A DNA stretch of 64,000 bases. It comes from Candidatus Limnocylindria bacterium (lineage in GTDB: Bacteria; Chloroflexota; Limnocylindria; P2-11E). The stretch is taken from the NCBI GenBank assembly GCA_036564905.1, contig DATCOD010000194.1:7240-71239 (forward strand), given 5' to 3'. Under the pieces are notes generated by a model. It worked only from the letters and a program-made list of their open reading frames with translations. It did no database searches and was not told the DNA's origin. The stretch's first letter is position 1; every line of letters starts with the position of its first letter. Made by a program: the position numbers and the translations under genes. Positions 37,660-46,460 of this stretch are shown here, in pieces.

Positions 37660-38273
37660 CGTTGGGCTGCCTCCTTCTTCTTGTCCGCGAGCGACCGCAC
37701 GACATCGTCGGCGGTGATGCCGAGCTCGGTCGCGAGCACGAGGAGCGCGTACACGACGTCGGTGAACTCCGACAGCGCGCGCTCGGGCGACTCCGCGACC
37801 GCAGCGAGGGCGAGCTCGAGCGCCTCCTCGCCGACCTTCTGCGCGATCGCGCCGCGGCCCTTCTTGAACAGCTCCGCGCTGTACGAGCGCTCCGGGAGAT
37901 CGCGCTTGCGCTCGCGCAGGAGCGCGGCGAGCTCCGAGAGCGTCCGCGCGAGCGGAGACGCGGGATCGTCCCCCCAGCAGGTCGCGCTCCCGGTATGGCA
38001 GGCCGGCCCGTTCGGGTGCGCGCGCACGAGGATCGCGTCCCCGTCGCAATCCGCCCGCAGCTCGACCGCGTGGAGCGTGTTGCCGCTCGTCTCGCCCTTC
38101 TTCCAGAGCGCGTCGCGCGAGCGGCTGTGGAAGTGGACCAGCCCGGTCCGCTCGGTCGCCTCGATCGCCGCGCGATCCATCCAGGCGAGCATGAGCACCG
38201 TGCCCGTGCCGGCGTCCTGCACGATCGCCGGCACCAGGCCGCGCTCGTCGAACCGCACGTCGGTGCCGTTCAT
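37656..38273 (-). CDS. hisI: Bifunctional phosphoribosyl-AMP cyclohydrolase / phosphoribosyl-ATP pyrophosphatase
   Basis: HisI part 'GLVPAIVQD...MLAWMDR...ALWKKGETSGN...CDGDAILV'; HisE part 'TLSELAALLRERK...SYSAELF...KVGEEALEL'. Confidence 0.9.
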   Translation of the reverse strand: MNGTDVRFDERGLVPAIVQDAGTGTVLMLAWMDRAAIEATERTGLVHFHSRSRDALWKKGETSGNTLHAVELRADCDGDAILVRAHPNGPACHTGSATCWGDDPASPLARTLSELAALLRERKRDLPERSYSAELFKKGRGAIAQKVGEEALELALAAVAESPERALSEFTDVVYALLVLATELGITADDVVRSLADKKKEAAQR

Positions 38274-39049
38274 GCGAATGCCCGCTCGGGCGGGCGCACC
38301 GGGATGCCCGCGGCGGCGAGGGCATCCTTCACGGCCCCGACCGTCAGCAGGCCGTAGTGGAAGATCGACGCCGCGAGGCCCGCTTCCGCGCCCGTCGTCC
38401 GGAAGAGCTCGACGAAATCCGCGGCGGACGACGCGCCGCCGGACGCGATGACCGGAACGTCGACGGTGCTCGCGACCGCGGCCGTGAGCGCCAGATCGAA
38501 CCCCCGCTTCGTGCCGTCGTGGTCGATGCTGTTGAGGAGCACCTCACCGGCCCCACGCGACACGCCCTCGCGCACCCACGTGAGCGCATCCATCCCCGTG
38601 GGGACGCGTCCGCCGTCGAGCACGACCTCCCAGCGCCCGTCGCCGGCCGGCCGCGCATCGACGGACAGGACCGTGGCTTGGGACCCGTACCGGCTCGCGA
38701 TCTCCGTGATCAGCCGCGGGTCGCGCACGGCCGCGCTGTTCACCGCGACCTTGTCGGCGCCGACCCGCAGGATCTCGCCCGCGAGGTCCGCCGAGCCGAT
38801 CCCGCCGCCGACCGTGAACGGGATGAACAGCTGGTCGGCGACGGCCGAGGCGAACTCGACCATCGTGCGGCGCTTCTCGTGCGACGCGTTGATGTCAAGG
38901 AAGACGAGCTCATCGGCGCCCTCGCGGTCGTAGCGCTTCGCCAGCTCGATCGCATCCCCGACGTCCTGCGTGTCGACGAAGCGCACGCTCTTCACGACCT
39001 TGCCGTCGCGGACGTCGAGGCACGGGATGACCCGCTTCGCGAGCGTCAC
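38270..39049 (-). CDS. hisF: Imidazole glycerol phosphate synthase cyclase subunit
   Basis: 'KRVIPCLDVRDGKVVKSVRF', 'GADELVFLDI', 'FTVGGGI', 'DGTKRGFD'. GTG start overlaps the hisH stop. Confidence 0.9.
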   Translation of the reverse strand: MTLAKRVIPCLDVRDGKVVKSVRFVDTQDVGDAIELAKRYDREGADELVFLDINASHEKRRTMVEFASAVADQLFIPFTVGGGIGSADLAGEILRVGADKVAVNSAAVRDPRLITEIASRYGSQATVLSVDARPAGDGRWEVVLDGGRVPTGMDALTWVREGVSRGAGEVLLNSIDHDGTKRGFDLALTAAVASTVDVPVIASGGASSAADFVELFRTTGAEAGLAASIFHYGLLTVGAVKDALAAAGIPVRPPERAFA

Positions 39050-39675
39050 AGCGCCCCGACGCGAGCGGTCGCGTCGACGAACGCATTCAGGAGCCGAAGG
39101 CCGTTCGCGCCCGACTTCTCGGGGTGGAACTGGACGCCGAGCACGCTGCCGGCGCCCGCGATGGCGCACCGCGTCCCGCCATAGTCGACCGTGCCGAGCA
39201 CATCGCTCGCTCGCGCGGGCTCGGGCACGAAGCTGTGCACGAAATAGAACTGGTCGCCGTCCCGCGTGTCACGCAGCCACGGGTGCGCGCCGGCGAGGCC
39301 CAGCGCGTTCCAGCCGATCTGGGGCAGGCGCGGCACGTCCTTCATCTGGACGACCGTTCCCGGGAGGAAGCCAAGGCCCCGCTCGCCGCGGTCCTCGTCG
39401 CTCCCTTCGAACAGGAGCTGCATACCGACGCAGATCCCGAGGATCGGCACGCCCCGCTCGCGCGCGTCGCGCAGGGCTGGCGCGAAGCCGAACCGGTCGA
39501 ACTCCCGCGCGCAGTGGCCGAAGTTCCCGACTCCGGGGAGCACGATCGCGGTCGCGTCGCGCAGACCAGCCGGCTCGCGAACCAGCTCGGCCCGGGCGCC
39601 GACGGTCGTGAGCGCCTTCCGCACGCTCGCGAGGTTGCCCACGCCGTAATCGACGATCGCGATCGGGCTACGCAC
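39046..39675 (-). CDS. hisH: Imidazole glycerol phosphate synthase glutaminase subunit
   Basis: 'IAIVDYGVGNLASV', 'PGVGNFG', 'GICVGMQLL' (catalytic Cys), 'VQFHPEKS'. Confidence 0.9.
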   Translation of the reverse strand: MRSPIAIVDYGVGNLASVRKALTTVGARAELVREPAGLRDATAIVLPGVGNFGHCAREFDRFGFAPALRDARERGVPILGICVGMQLLFEGSDEDRGERGLGFLPGTVVQMKDVPRLPQIGWNALGLAGAHPWLRDTRDGDQFYFVHSFVPEPARASDVLGTVDYGGTRCAIAGAGSVLGVQFHPEKSGANGLRLLNAFVDATARVGAL

Positions 39676-40270
39676 CCACGCGTCCCTTGCTGGATGGCGC
39701 CTTGCCCGCGCGCCGCGGATCCGTGCGTGCCGCGGTATCGATGACCCGGCCGAGCCCCTTCATGGTCGCCTCGAGCAGGTGATGCGGGTTGCCGCCGCGG
39801 ATCTGCGTGACGTGCAGCGTGAGCCGGCCGGTCTGCGCGAGCGACTCGAGGAAGTGCGGCATGAGCGTCGTGTCGAAGGTGCCGACGATCCGCTCCGATG
39901 GCGCGAGGTCGTAGGCGAACGCCGGACGGCCGCCGAGGTCGATGGCCACATTCACGAGGCACTCGTCCATCGGGACGGTGAGCGACGCGAACCGCACGAT
40001 CCCGAGGCGATCGCCGAGTGCCTGGTCGAGCGCGCGACCGAGCACGAGCCCGAGATCCTCGACCGTGTGGTGCTGGTCCACCTGCAGATCCCCCGTGGCC
40101 TTGACGCGCAGATCCATGAGCCCATGGACCGCCATCAGCTCGAGCATGTGGTCCATAAAGGGAATTCCTGTCGCAACGCGCGCCTGACCCTTCGCGTCGA
40201 GCTTCAGCGTGATCGCGACATCGGTCTCCTTGGTCTTCCGCGCTCGGGACCCCGTCCGGGTGGGCGTCAC
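39668..40270 (-). CDS. hisB: Imidazoleglycerol-phosphate dehydratase, monofunctional (no HAD/HolPase domain)
   Basis: 'RKTKETDVAITLKLD', 'TGIPFMDHMLE', 'DQHHTVED', 'GNPHHLLEA'. 200 aa. Confidence 0.9.
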   Translation of the reverse strand: MTPTRTGSRARKTKETDVAITLKLDAKGQARVATGIPFMDHMLELMAVHGLMDLRVKATGDLQVDQHHTVEDLGLVLGRALDQALGDRLGIVRFASLTVPMDECLVNVAIDLGGRPAFAYDLAPSERIVGTFDTTLMPHFLESLAQTGRLTLHVTQIRGGNPHHLLEATMKGLGRVIDTAARTDPRRAGKAPSSKGRVGA

Positions 40271-41370
40271 GCCGCGGCCGCCTTGAAGATCGAATCGATC
40301 GCGGCGACGACGCGGCCGTTCTCGGCCGGAGTTCCGATCGATACTCGCAAGCACCGGTCGCAACCGGGCCACGACGACACGTCGCGGAGCAGGATGCTGT
40401 GCTCGAGGAATTTCGCGTGCACCTCGGCGGGGGTCCGATCGGCGAGCCGGAAGAGGATGAAGTTGGTGACCGACGGGAACGCCTCGACCCCCGGCGCGCG
40501 CTGGAGCGCCGCGTAGACGCGGTCGCGCTCCCTCGCGCACTGCGCGATCCGCCGCGCGACGTCATCGTCGCGTTGCGCGATCCGGCCGCCGACGACCGTG
40601 GTGAGCGGGCTCACGTTATATGGCAGCTGCACGGCACGGAAGATCTCCGCCACGCGCGGGTGCACGATCAGCAACCCGAGACGGAGCCCCGCGGCGGCGC
40701 GCACTTTCGAGAAGGTCTTGGTCACGATGATGTTCGGATGCGCCGGCATGGCCGGAACGATCGTGTTGCCCGCGAAGTCGCTGTAGGCCTCGTCGACGAG
40801 GATCACCGTCTCGGGGTATCGCTCCGCCGCCGCCAGGATGATCGCGTCGTCGATGAGATTCCCCGTCGGATTGTTCGGCGTCGTGAAGCACACGATGTGC
40901 GGCTTCGCCCGGTCCAGCGCGGCGAGCACGCGCTCCTTGGTCACGAGATACGGAAGGCCGATGTGCTCCTCCGCGACGGTGCCGCCGGCGATCTGCGTGA
41001 GCCGGCCGTGCATCGTGTACGTCGGCTGGAAGAGCAGCGTGCTGCGGCCATGCCCGCCGAAGACGAGGAACACGTTGAGGAGCACCTCGTTGCTCCCGTT
41101 GCCGAAGATGAGCTGATCGGCCGCGACGCCGAAGCGTTTCGCGAGGCTCAGGCGCAGGTCCGCGCTCGCCTGCGCGGTCGGATAGCGGTTGAGGAGGATC
41201 GCCTCGAGCTCGGCGGGCGACAAATAGGCGCTGACCGGGTTGGGCTCGGCCCACTCGTTCGCGTTCACCCTGACGTCGGCCGCCATCTGCTGCGTGCGGT
41301 ACGCCTGGAACGCCCCGAGGTCGTCGCGCGGGCGGGGCAGCTGGTCGCTCACCTTCATAGCCTGCCACAC
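40267..41370 (-). CDS. hisC: Histidinol-phosphate aminotransferase
   Basis: 'ANEWAEP', 'FTTPNNPTG', PLP-Lys region 'TKTFSKVRAAAGLRLG'. Start may be the internal M at 41358. Confidence 0.85.
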   Translation of the reverse strand: MWQAMKVSDQLPRPRDDLGAFQAYRTQQMAADVRVNANEWAEPNPVSAYLSPAELEAILLNRYPTAQASADLRLSLAKRFGVAADQLIFGNGSNEVLLNVFLVFGGHGRSTLLFQPTYTMHGRLTQIAGGTVAEEHIGLPYLVTKERVLAALDRAKPHIVCFTTPNNPTGNLIDDAIILAAAERYPETVILVDEAYSDFAGNTIVPAMPAHPNIIVTKTFSKVRAAAGLRLGLLIVHPRVAEIFRAVQLPYNVSPLTTVVGGRIAQRDDDVARRIAQCARERDRVYAALQRAPGVEAFPSVTNFILFRLADRTPAEVHAKFLEHSILLRDVSSWPGCDRCLRVSIGTPAENGRVVAAIDSIFKAAAA

Positions 41371-41388
41371 GCGCCGCCGGAACGAACG

Positions 41389-42630
41389 CTAGCCGCGCAG
41401 CTCCATCGAGGCGGCGTGGAACTCCATGCCTTCGTGCTTCGCGATGGCCGAGCCGGCCCGCGCCGCCGCCGCGATGTTCCGGCCCGCGGTCACCTCGGTG
41501 GTCCAGTGGACGAAATCCTCGACCCGCAGCGGCGATGCCCACCGCGCCGTGCCGCCGGTCGGCAGGCAGTGATTGGACCCGGCGACGTAGTCGCCGAACG
41601 CGACGGCCGTCCGGGTGCCGACGAACACCGCGCCCGCGTTCCGCGCTCGCCCGACGAGCCGCGCGGCCCGTGCCCCGGCGAGATGGAGGTGCTCCGGCGC
41701 GGCGAACGCGGCCGCCTCCACCGCCGCTTCGAGCGACGGCGCCCGATACAGGCCGATGGCGCGGCCACCCCCCAGGCGGGAGATGACCGCGCGCACCACC
41801 GCGAGGATCCCGTCGTCGTCGCTGAGCAGCGCGGCGAACGGCCGGCCGCCGTGCTCGGCCTGGGCCTCGAGATCCAGGACGATCGCCGCGGGATCGGCAT
41901 CCTTCGATGCGATGACCACGAGCTCGCTCGGTCCCTGGAGCGCGTCGATGCCGACATCCGCGGAGACGAGCCACTTCGCCGCGGTGGTGTACGCGTTGCC
42001 CGGCCCGACGATCTTGTCGACGGCGTCGAGCGTCTTCGTGCCGTACGCGAGCGCCGCGACGGCCGCCGCTCCGCCGGCGCGGTAGAGACCGCGCGCGCGC
42101 ACCTTCGTCGCAGCGTACGCGAGGGCCGGGTCGATGGCCCCATCGGACGGCATCGGCGACACGAGGACGAGGTCGCCGACCTCCGCGACACGCGCCGGCA
42201 CGCCGATCATCAGCGCGGTCGATGGGTATCCGACGGTCCCGCGCGGGACGCATCCGCCGACGCGCGCGAGCGCTCGGGGCACGAGCACCTCGCTGAACGC
42301 GGCGCCGCGATGCGCGATCCGCTTCGGCTTCTGCGGTCGATGGAAGCCGAGGATCGCGTCATGGGAGCGATCGAGCGCGGAACGCAGCTCGGACGGGCAG
42401 GCCCGCGCCGCCGCGCGGAGCGATCGCGCGTCGATCCAGAGATCCTTCGGCCGCGCGCCCGGGTGGTCGAATCGGCGCACGTTCGCGAGGACCGCGGCGT
42501 CGCCCCGCCGGCGGACATCGGCGACGATCCGTTGCGTCGCCCGGACGACCGCCGCGTCGAAGACCGCGGTGGCACGGCGCCGCGTGACGTCGCGGCGGAA
42601 GCCCGCGAGATCGCCGACGCGCGCGTTCAT
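41389..42630 (-). CDS. hisD: Histidinol dehydrogenase
   Basis: 'KIVGPGNAYTTAAK', 'QGPSELVVIA', 'DLEAQAEHGG', 'VAGSNHCLPTGGTARWASPL'. Alternative start at 42642. Confidence 0.9.
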   Translation of the reverse strand: MNARVGDLAGFRRDVTRRRATAVFDAAVVRATQRIVADVRRRGDAAVLANVRRFDHPGARPKDLWIDARSLRAAARACPSELRSALDRSHDAILGFHRPQKPKRIAHRGAAFSEVLVPRALARVGGCVPRGTVGYPSTALMIGVPARVAEVGDLVLVSPMPSDGAIDPALAYAATKVRARGLYRAGGAAAVAALAYGTKTLDAVDKIVGPGNAYTTAAKWLVSADVGIDALQGPSELVVIASKDADPAAIVLDLEAQAEHGGRPFAALLSDDDGILAVVRAVISRLGGGRAIGLYRAPSLEAAVEAAAFAAPEHLHLAGARAARLVGRARNAGAVFVGTRTAVAFGDYVAGSNHCLPTGGTARWASPLRVEDFVHWTTEVTAGRNIAAAARAGSAIAKHEGMEFHAASMELRG

Positions 42631-43268
42631 CGCGCCGCCCATGCTTCGAGCCGGGACGCGAGCGCCGCGATGCGCTCGCGATCGCGCGCGTAGCTCACGC
42701 GATTCGCGATGAGCCGCGCCGTGCAGACCGCGATCTCCTCGATGATCGCGAGCCGGTTCTCCTTGAGCGTCCGGCCGGTGCTGACGAGGTCCACGATCCA
42801 ATCCGCCAGCCCGACCTGCGGCGCGAGCTCGACCGAGCCGCCGAGCTTGATGATCTCCACCTGGATGCCGCGTCCCTGGAAGTGTCGCTCGGCGACCCGC
42901 GGGTATTTCGTCGCGACCTCGAGCGACCCGAGGTGCCGGTACTCGTCGAGGGAACGATCGACCGTGCCCGCCGGTGCCGCCACGACGAAGCGGCATCGCC
43001 CGTAGCGGAGATCGACGAGCTCGAGGACATCCGCGTCGCTCTCGAGGAGCACGTCCTTGCCGACGATGCCGATGTCGGCCGCGCCGTGGGCCACGTGCGT
43101 GGGCACATCGCCGGGCCGCGCGAGGATGTATTCGACGTCCGTGCCCGGGATGACGAGCCGGCGGCCGCCATCGTCGAGCTCGTCCGTCGCGAGGCCCGCG
43201 GCCGCGAGCGCGACCTTCGTGTCGGCGAGCAGGGTGCCCTGGGCGAGCGCGATGCGAAGCGCCCTCAC
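42627..43268 (-). CDS. hisG: ATP phosphoribosyltransferase, short (HisZ-dependent) form
   Basis: 213 aa; 'LRIALAQGTLLADT', 'RPGDVPTHVAHGAADIGIVGKDVL', 'DLVSTGRTLKEN'. No C-terminal regulatory domain. GTG start overlaps the hisZ stop. Confidence 0.85.
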   Translation of the reverse strand: MRALRIALAQGTLLADTKVALAAAGLATDELDDGGRRLVIPGTDVEYILARPGDVPTHVAHGAADIGIVGKDVLLESDADVLELVDLRYGRCRFVVAAPAGTVDRSLDEYRHLGSLEVATKYPRVAERHFQGRGIQVEIIKLGGSVELAPQVGLADWIVDLVSTGRTLKENRLAIIEEIAVCTARLIANRVSYARDRERIAALASRLEAWAAR

Positions 43269-44455
43269 CGCGGCCCGCCGGTCAGCGCCGCGATGACCGC
43301 TTCGAGCTCGCGCGCGACCCCTTCGTACTCCACGTGCCCGTCGTCGATCACGCGGGCGCGGCGGACATCCTGGCCCGCGCCCTCCGCGATATCGCCGATC
43401 GCGACCGCGATGCCGGCGCCACGCAGCGCGACCGCGACCCGGAGCGTCGTCGCGTCGTCGACGTGCGGCGCGAGGAGCAGGAGCGGCGACTCGGCCTGCG
43501 CCTGCCACCCCGCGGCGACGAGGGCCTGGTGCAGATGGGGGACCGCGATCCCGAAGCCCGTCGCCGGTCGATCGGCGCCGAACCGGGCGAGGAGGCCGTC
43601 GTACCGTCCACCGGCCGCGATCGGGAATCCGAGATCCGCGACGGTGACCTGGAACACCACGCCGGTGTAATACGGGAGCGCCGGAACGAGCCCGAGGTCG
43701 AACCGGACGGCGCCACCGGCGCCGGCCGCCTCGAGGAGCGGCCGAAGGGCATCGAGCGTGTCGAGCGCGCTCTGCGACGCCGCGGGCGCGCCGGCGCGGG
43801 CGCCGGCGAGATCCGCCGACCGGTGGCGAAGGCCGCGCTCGAGCGCCGCGCCACGAGCGGCGCTCAGGCCCGCCGCGCGCGCGAGCGACAGCGTGCCGAC
43901 CAGATCCCCGCTGCGCGCCGCGGCGCTCACCCCCGCGCGCGCATCGGCCGGGAGCTCCGCGATGAAGCCGTCGAGGAAGCCGACATGACCGATGTCGATA
44001 TCCGGTGCGAGCAGCCCGCAGCGCGCGAGCGCGTCGGCGAGCAGCGCGATGACCTCGGCGTCCGCGCGCAGGGTCGCGTCGCCGATCAGCTCGACGCCCG
44101 CCTGGTCGTATTCGCGCTCCGATCCACGCATGGAGGCCTCTTCGCGGAAGATCGGCGCGAAGTACGCGAGCCGCAGCGTCGCGTCGGCTTGCCGGTAGCG
44201 CTGCGCGACCACGCGCGCCACCGCGGTCGTGACATCGGGACGGAGCGCGAGCAGCTGACCATCCCGATCGAGGAACCGCAGCGTGCGCCGCTCGTCCACC
44301 GTGATCGCGCCCTGCGCGAACTCCACCGTCGGCGGCTCGAGCGGCACGTAGCCGTAGCCGGCGAACGCGTTCATCAGCGTGCGCTCGATCACGTGAAGCT
44401 CGCGCGCCTCCGTGGGCAGGATGTCGCGGAAGCCGCGGGGGAGCGCGTTCTTCAC
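43265..44455 (-). CDS. hisZ: ATP phosphoribosyltransferase regulatory subunit (HisRS paralog)
   Basis: 'LPRGFRDILP' and 'YFAPIFREE...REYDQAGVELIG' are class II aaRS-like core motifs. No anticodon-binding domain. Lies directly upstream of the short hisG. Confidence 0.8.
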   Translation of the reverse strand: MKNALPRGFRDILPTEARELHVIERTLMNAFAGYGYVPLEPPTVEFAQGAITVDERRTLRFLDRDGQLLALRPDVTTAVARVVAQRYRQADATLRLAYFAPIFREEASMRGSEREYDQAGVELIGDATLRADAEVIALLADALARCGLLAPDIDIGHVGFLDGFIAELPADARAGVSAAARSGDLVGTLSLARAAGLSAARGAALERGLRHRSADLAGARAGAPAASQSALDTLDALRPLLEAAGAGGAVRFDLGLVPALPYYTGVVFQVTVADLGFPIAAGGRYDGLLARFGADRPATGFGIAVPHLHQALVAAGWQAQAESPLLLLAPHVDDATTLRVAVALRGAGIAVAIGDIAEGAGQDVRRARVIDDGHVEYEGVARELEAVIAALTGGPR

Positions 44456-45267
44456 GCGGGCTGCGGGAAGGCGTCGACGCGTTCGAGGCCTCCCACCGCT
44501 GCGCGAAGCTCGTGGAGCGCGCGGATCCGCGCATCCGGGACGATCGTCCCGGCGGCGCCACCGTTCGTCCGGTCGAGCCAGATGCTGCGCAGCCCGGCAC
44601 GCCGCGCGCCCACGACGTCACGCTCAAGGCTATCTCCGACCATCACCGCCTCGGTGCGCTCGACGTCGAGCGCGTCCAGCGCCGCGCGGAAGATCAGCGG
44701 ATCGGGCTTGCCCGCGCCGACCTCGCCTGAGATCACGATCGCGGCGAATCGCGATGCGAGCGTGGTGGCCGCGAGCTTCTCGCGCTGCACGTCCGGCGCT
44801 CCGTTGGTGACGAGGGCGAGCCGGTGATCGCGGCCGACATCGTCGAGCGTCGCCTCGGCCTCGGGGTCGATCGGACACAGGGCCCGGCGCGCCGTGCGAT
44901 ACACCGCCACGAGCTCGTCGGCCAGCGCGCCATCCGTGATGCCCGCGGCCTCGAGTCCGCCGCTCCAGACCGCGCGGCGGAAGCCCGGCACGTACCGGCG
45001 CAGCGCCGCGAGGCCCGGCTGGTCGCCGGCGAACTCACCCCAGAGCGCCTCGCCCCACCAGATCCCCAGCGCATCCGCGTACGCGAACACTTCCGAGGAG
45101 CGGAAAAGTGCCTCCGCCGTCTCACCGGCCGCGACCTGAATGACACCGCCGTCGACCCCGGCCCGGCGGGCGGCGTGCGCGCTCGTCTGCTCCAGCGCAC
45201 GGAGGGTGGCCTCATCTTCGAGCAGCAGGGTGTTGTCGAGGTCGAAGAGGATCGCGCGGATCGGCAT
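44452..45267 (-). CDS. HAD-superfamily (subfamily IA-like) hydrolase, first gene of the his operon
   Basis: 'ILFDLDNTLL' (DxDxT motif I), 'LVTNG' (motif II), 'GKPDP...MVGDSLERDVVGARRAG' (motifs III/IV). Confidence 0.75.
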   Translation of the reverse strand: MPIRAILFDLDNTLLLEDEATLRALEQTSAHAARRAGVDGGVIQVAAGETAEALFRSSEVFAYADALGIWWGEALWGEFAGDQPGLAALRRYVPGFRRAVWSGGLEAAGITDGALADELVAVYRTARRALCPIDPEAEATLDDVGRDHRLALVTNGAPDVQREKLAATTLASRFAAIVISGEVGAGKPDPLIFRAALDALDVERTEAVMVGDSLERDVVGARRAGLRSIWLDRTNGGAAGTIVPDARIRALHELRAAVGGLERVDAFPQPA

Positions 45268-45344
45268 TGGTCGAGTTTAGGGAGCGGAGCGCGTGTCCGG
45301 CCGAGGGCTTGGCCGCGGTGCGCCGCAGTGGTACCGTAACGGCG

Positions 45345-45431
45345 ATGCGCTCCGTCGTCCTCGGCATCATCGTTATTGAGTCCCTTATCGGGGGCTTGAA
45401 CGACGCTGGGAGGCGCACCACCACCGCGTAG
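45345..45431 (+). promoter_or_regulatory. Leader peptide ORF 1 (MRSVVLGIIVIESLIGGLNDAGRRTTTA), a Val/Leu/Ile-rich attenuator leader
   Basis: Read directly from sequence. Eight of eleven codons after Met-Arg-Ser encode Val/Leu/Ile. The peptide overlaps the antiterminator segment 'ctgggaggc'. Confidence 0.7.
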
Positions 45432-45457
45432 CGAGAACAGAGACCGGAACCACCAGA

Positions 45458-45486
45458 GACCTCCCAGGACATGGGAGGTCTTTTTG
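45458..45486 (+). terminator. Rho-independent terminator of attenuator 1
   Basis: 'gacctccca ggacat tgggaggtc ttttt' is a perfect 9-bp GC-rich stem followed by a T-run. The 5' half can alternatively pair with 'tgggagg' inside the leader ORF, forming an antiterminator. Confidence 0.7.
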
Positions 45487-45584
45487 ATTCCGGGAAGTTC
45501 AGGCGAGGGAGGGCGTTGCCCGACCGAGCCGCAAGGGACCCACGAACGGAGCAAGCCGCAGCTGGCGAAGAGAGAGGGACACAA

Positions 45585-45779
45585 ATGGATGCCCGACGCG
45601 AGCTGGCCAAGCGACTGGCAAGGCTGGGTATGCACTTCGAGGGCGAGCGCCTCGACCATGCCGAGCGGATCGTCCACGCGCATGTTCCGCATCACACCTC
45701 GCTCACCGACCTGGTCCTCATGACGATCTGCGTCGAGGCCTACCGCAAGAGCGACCTCGACCTGCCGGCCTGGGTCTGA
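45585..45779 (+). CDS. Conserved small protein (64 aa), paralog of the ilvC-leuA intergenic small protein; function unknown
   Basis: 'MDARRELAKRLARLGMHFEGERLDHAERIVHAHVPHHTSLTDLVLMTICVEAYRKSDLDLPAWV'. RBS 'gagaggga' 7 nt upstream. About 50% identical to the 49659-49844 ORF. Confidence 0.65.
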   Translation: MDARRELAKRLARLGMHFEGERLDHAERIVHAHVPHHTSLTDLVLMTICVEAYRKSDLDLPAWV

Positions 45780-45789
45780 ACCGGTAGCC

Positions 45790-46380
45790 ATGGACGATCA
45801 GGCCGGGCGCACGTACGCGATCGCGTTCCTCGGCGAGGCGCGCACGCCGATCAGGACATCGGTGGTGCGGCTCGGCGCGGACGACGATCCGCGGGTCGTC
45901 GCGGAGTCGCTGCGCCACGCGGAGTCCGACCGGCTGAGCGATCCGATCCTGTCGGCGGGCCTAGGCGGGCCTCGGGATCCGGAGCGCTCCCTTCATCTGA
46001 CGGCGCTCCACGCGGAGCAGGCCGTCCGGCTCGGCCGCGCGTTGAACGGTCCCGGGCGCGTCACCGCGTTCGCGGACCTCGGCCCGTACTGCTTCGTGCT
46101 CGGCCGGCCGACGGAGGAGATCCGGATCTTCTGCCGGACGATCCTCGGGCCGCTGGCCGAGAGCGCGCAGCGCGACGAGCTGCGCACGCTCGAGGAATTC
46201 CTCCGGGCCCACGGGAGCGTGAACGCGGTCGCCCGCGCGCTCTTCCTGCACCGGAACACCGTGCGTCAGCGTCTCAAGCGGATCGGCGAGCTCACCGGCG
46301 CCGACCTCGAGGACGCCGACCAGCGCATGCAGCTCTACCTCGCGGTCCTCGGCCAGAACGCCCTGCGGGCGCTGGCGTGA
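45790..46380 (+). CDS. PucR/CdaR-family transcriptional regulator (C-terminal HTH_30)
   Basis: C-terminus 'LRTLEEFLRAHGSVNAVARALFLHRNTVRQRLKRIGELTG' is the PucR-type HTH. Starts 8 nt after the small-protein stop. Confidence 0.7.
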   Translation: MDDQAGRTYAIAFLGEARTPIRTSVVRLGADDDPRVVAESLRHAESDRLSDPILSAGLGGPRDPERSLHLTALHAEQAVRLGRALNGPGRVTAFADLGPYCFVLGRPTEEIRIFCRTILGPLAESAQRDELRTLEEFLRAHGSVNAVARALFLHRNTVRQRLKRIGELTGADLEDADQRMQLYLAVLGQNALRALA

Positions 46381-46460
46381 TCGGGACTGTGCAGAGTGCA
46401 CCGACTTCCAGGTGGAGCGTTGACGCGACCGCGGTCCGTCCGGCACTGTCCACCTTCCTG

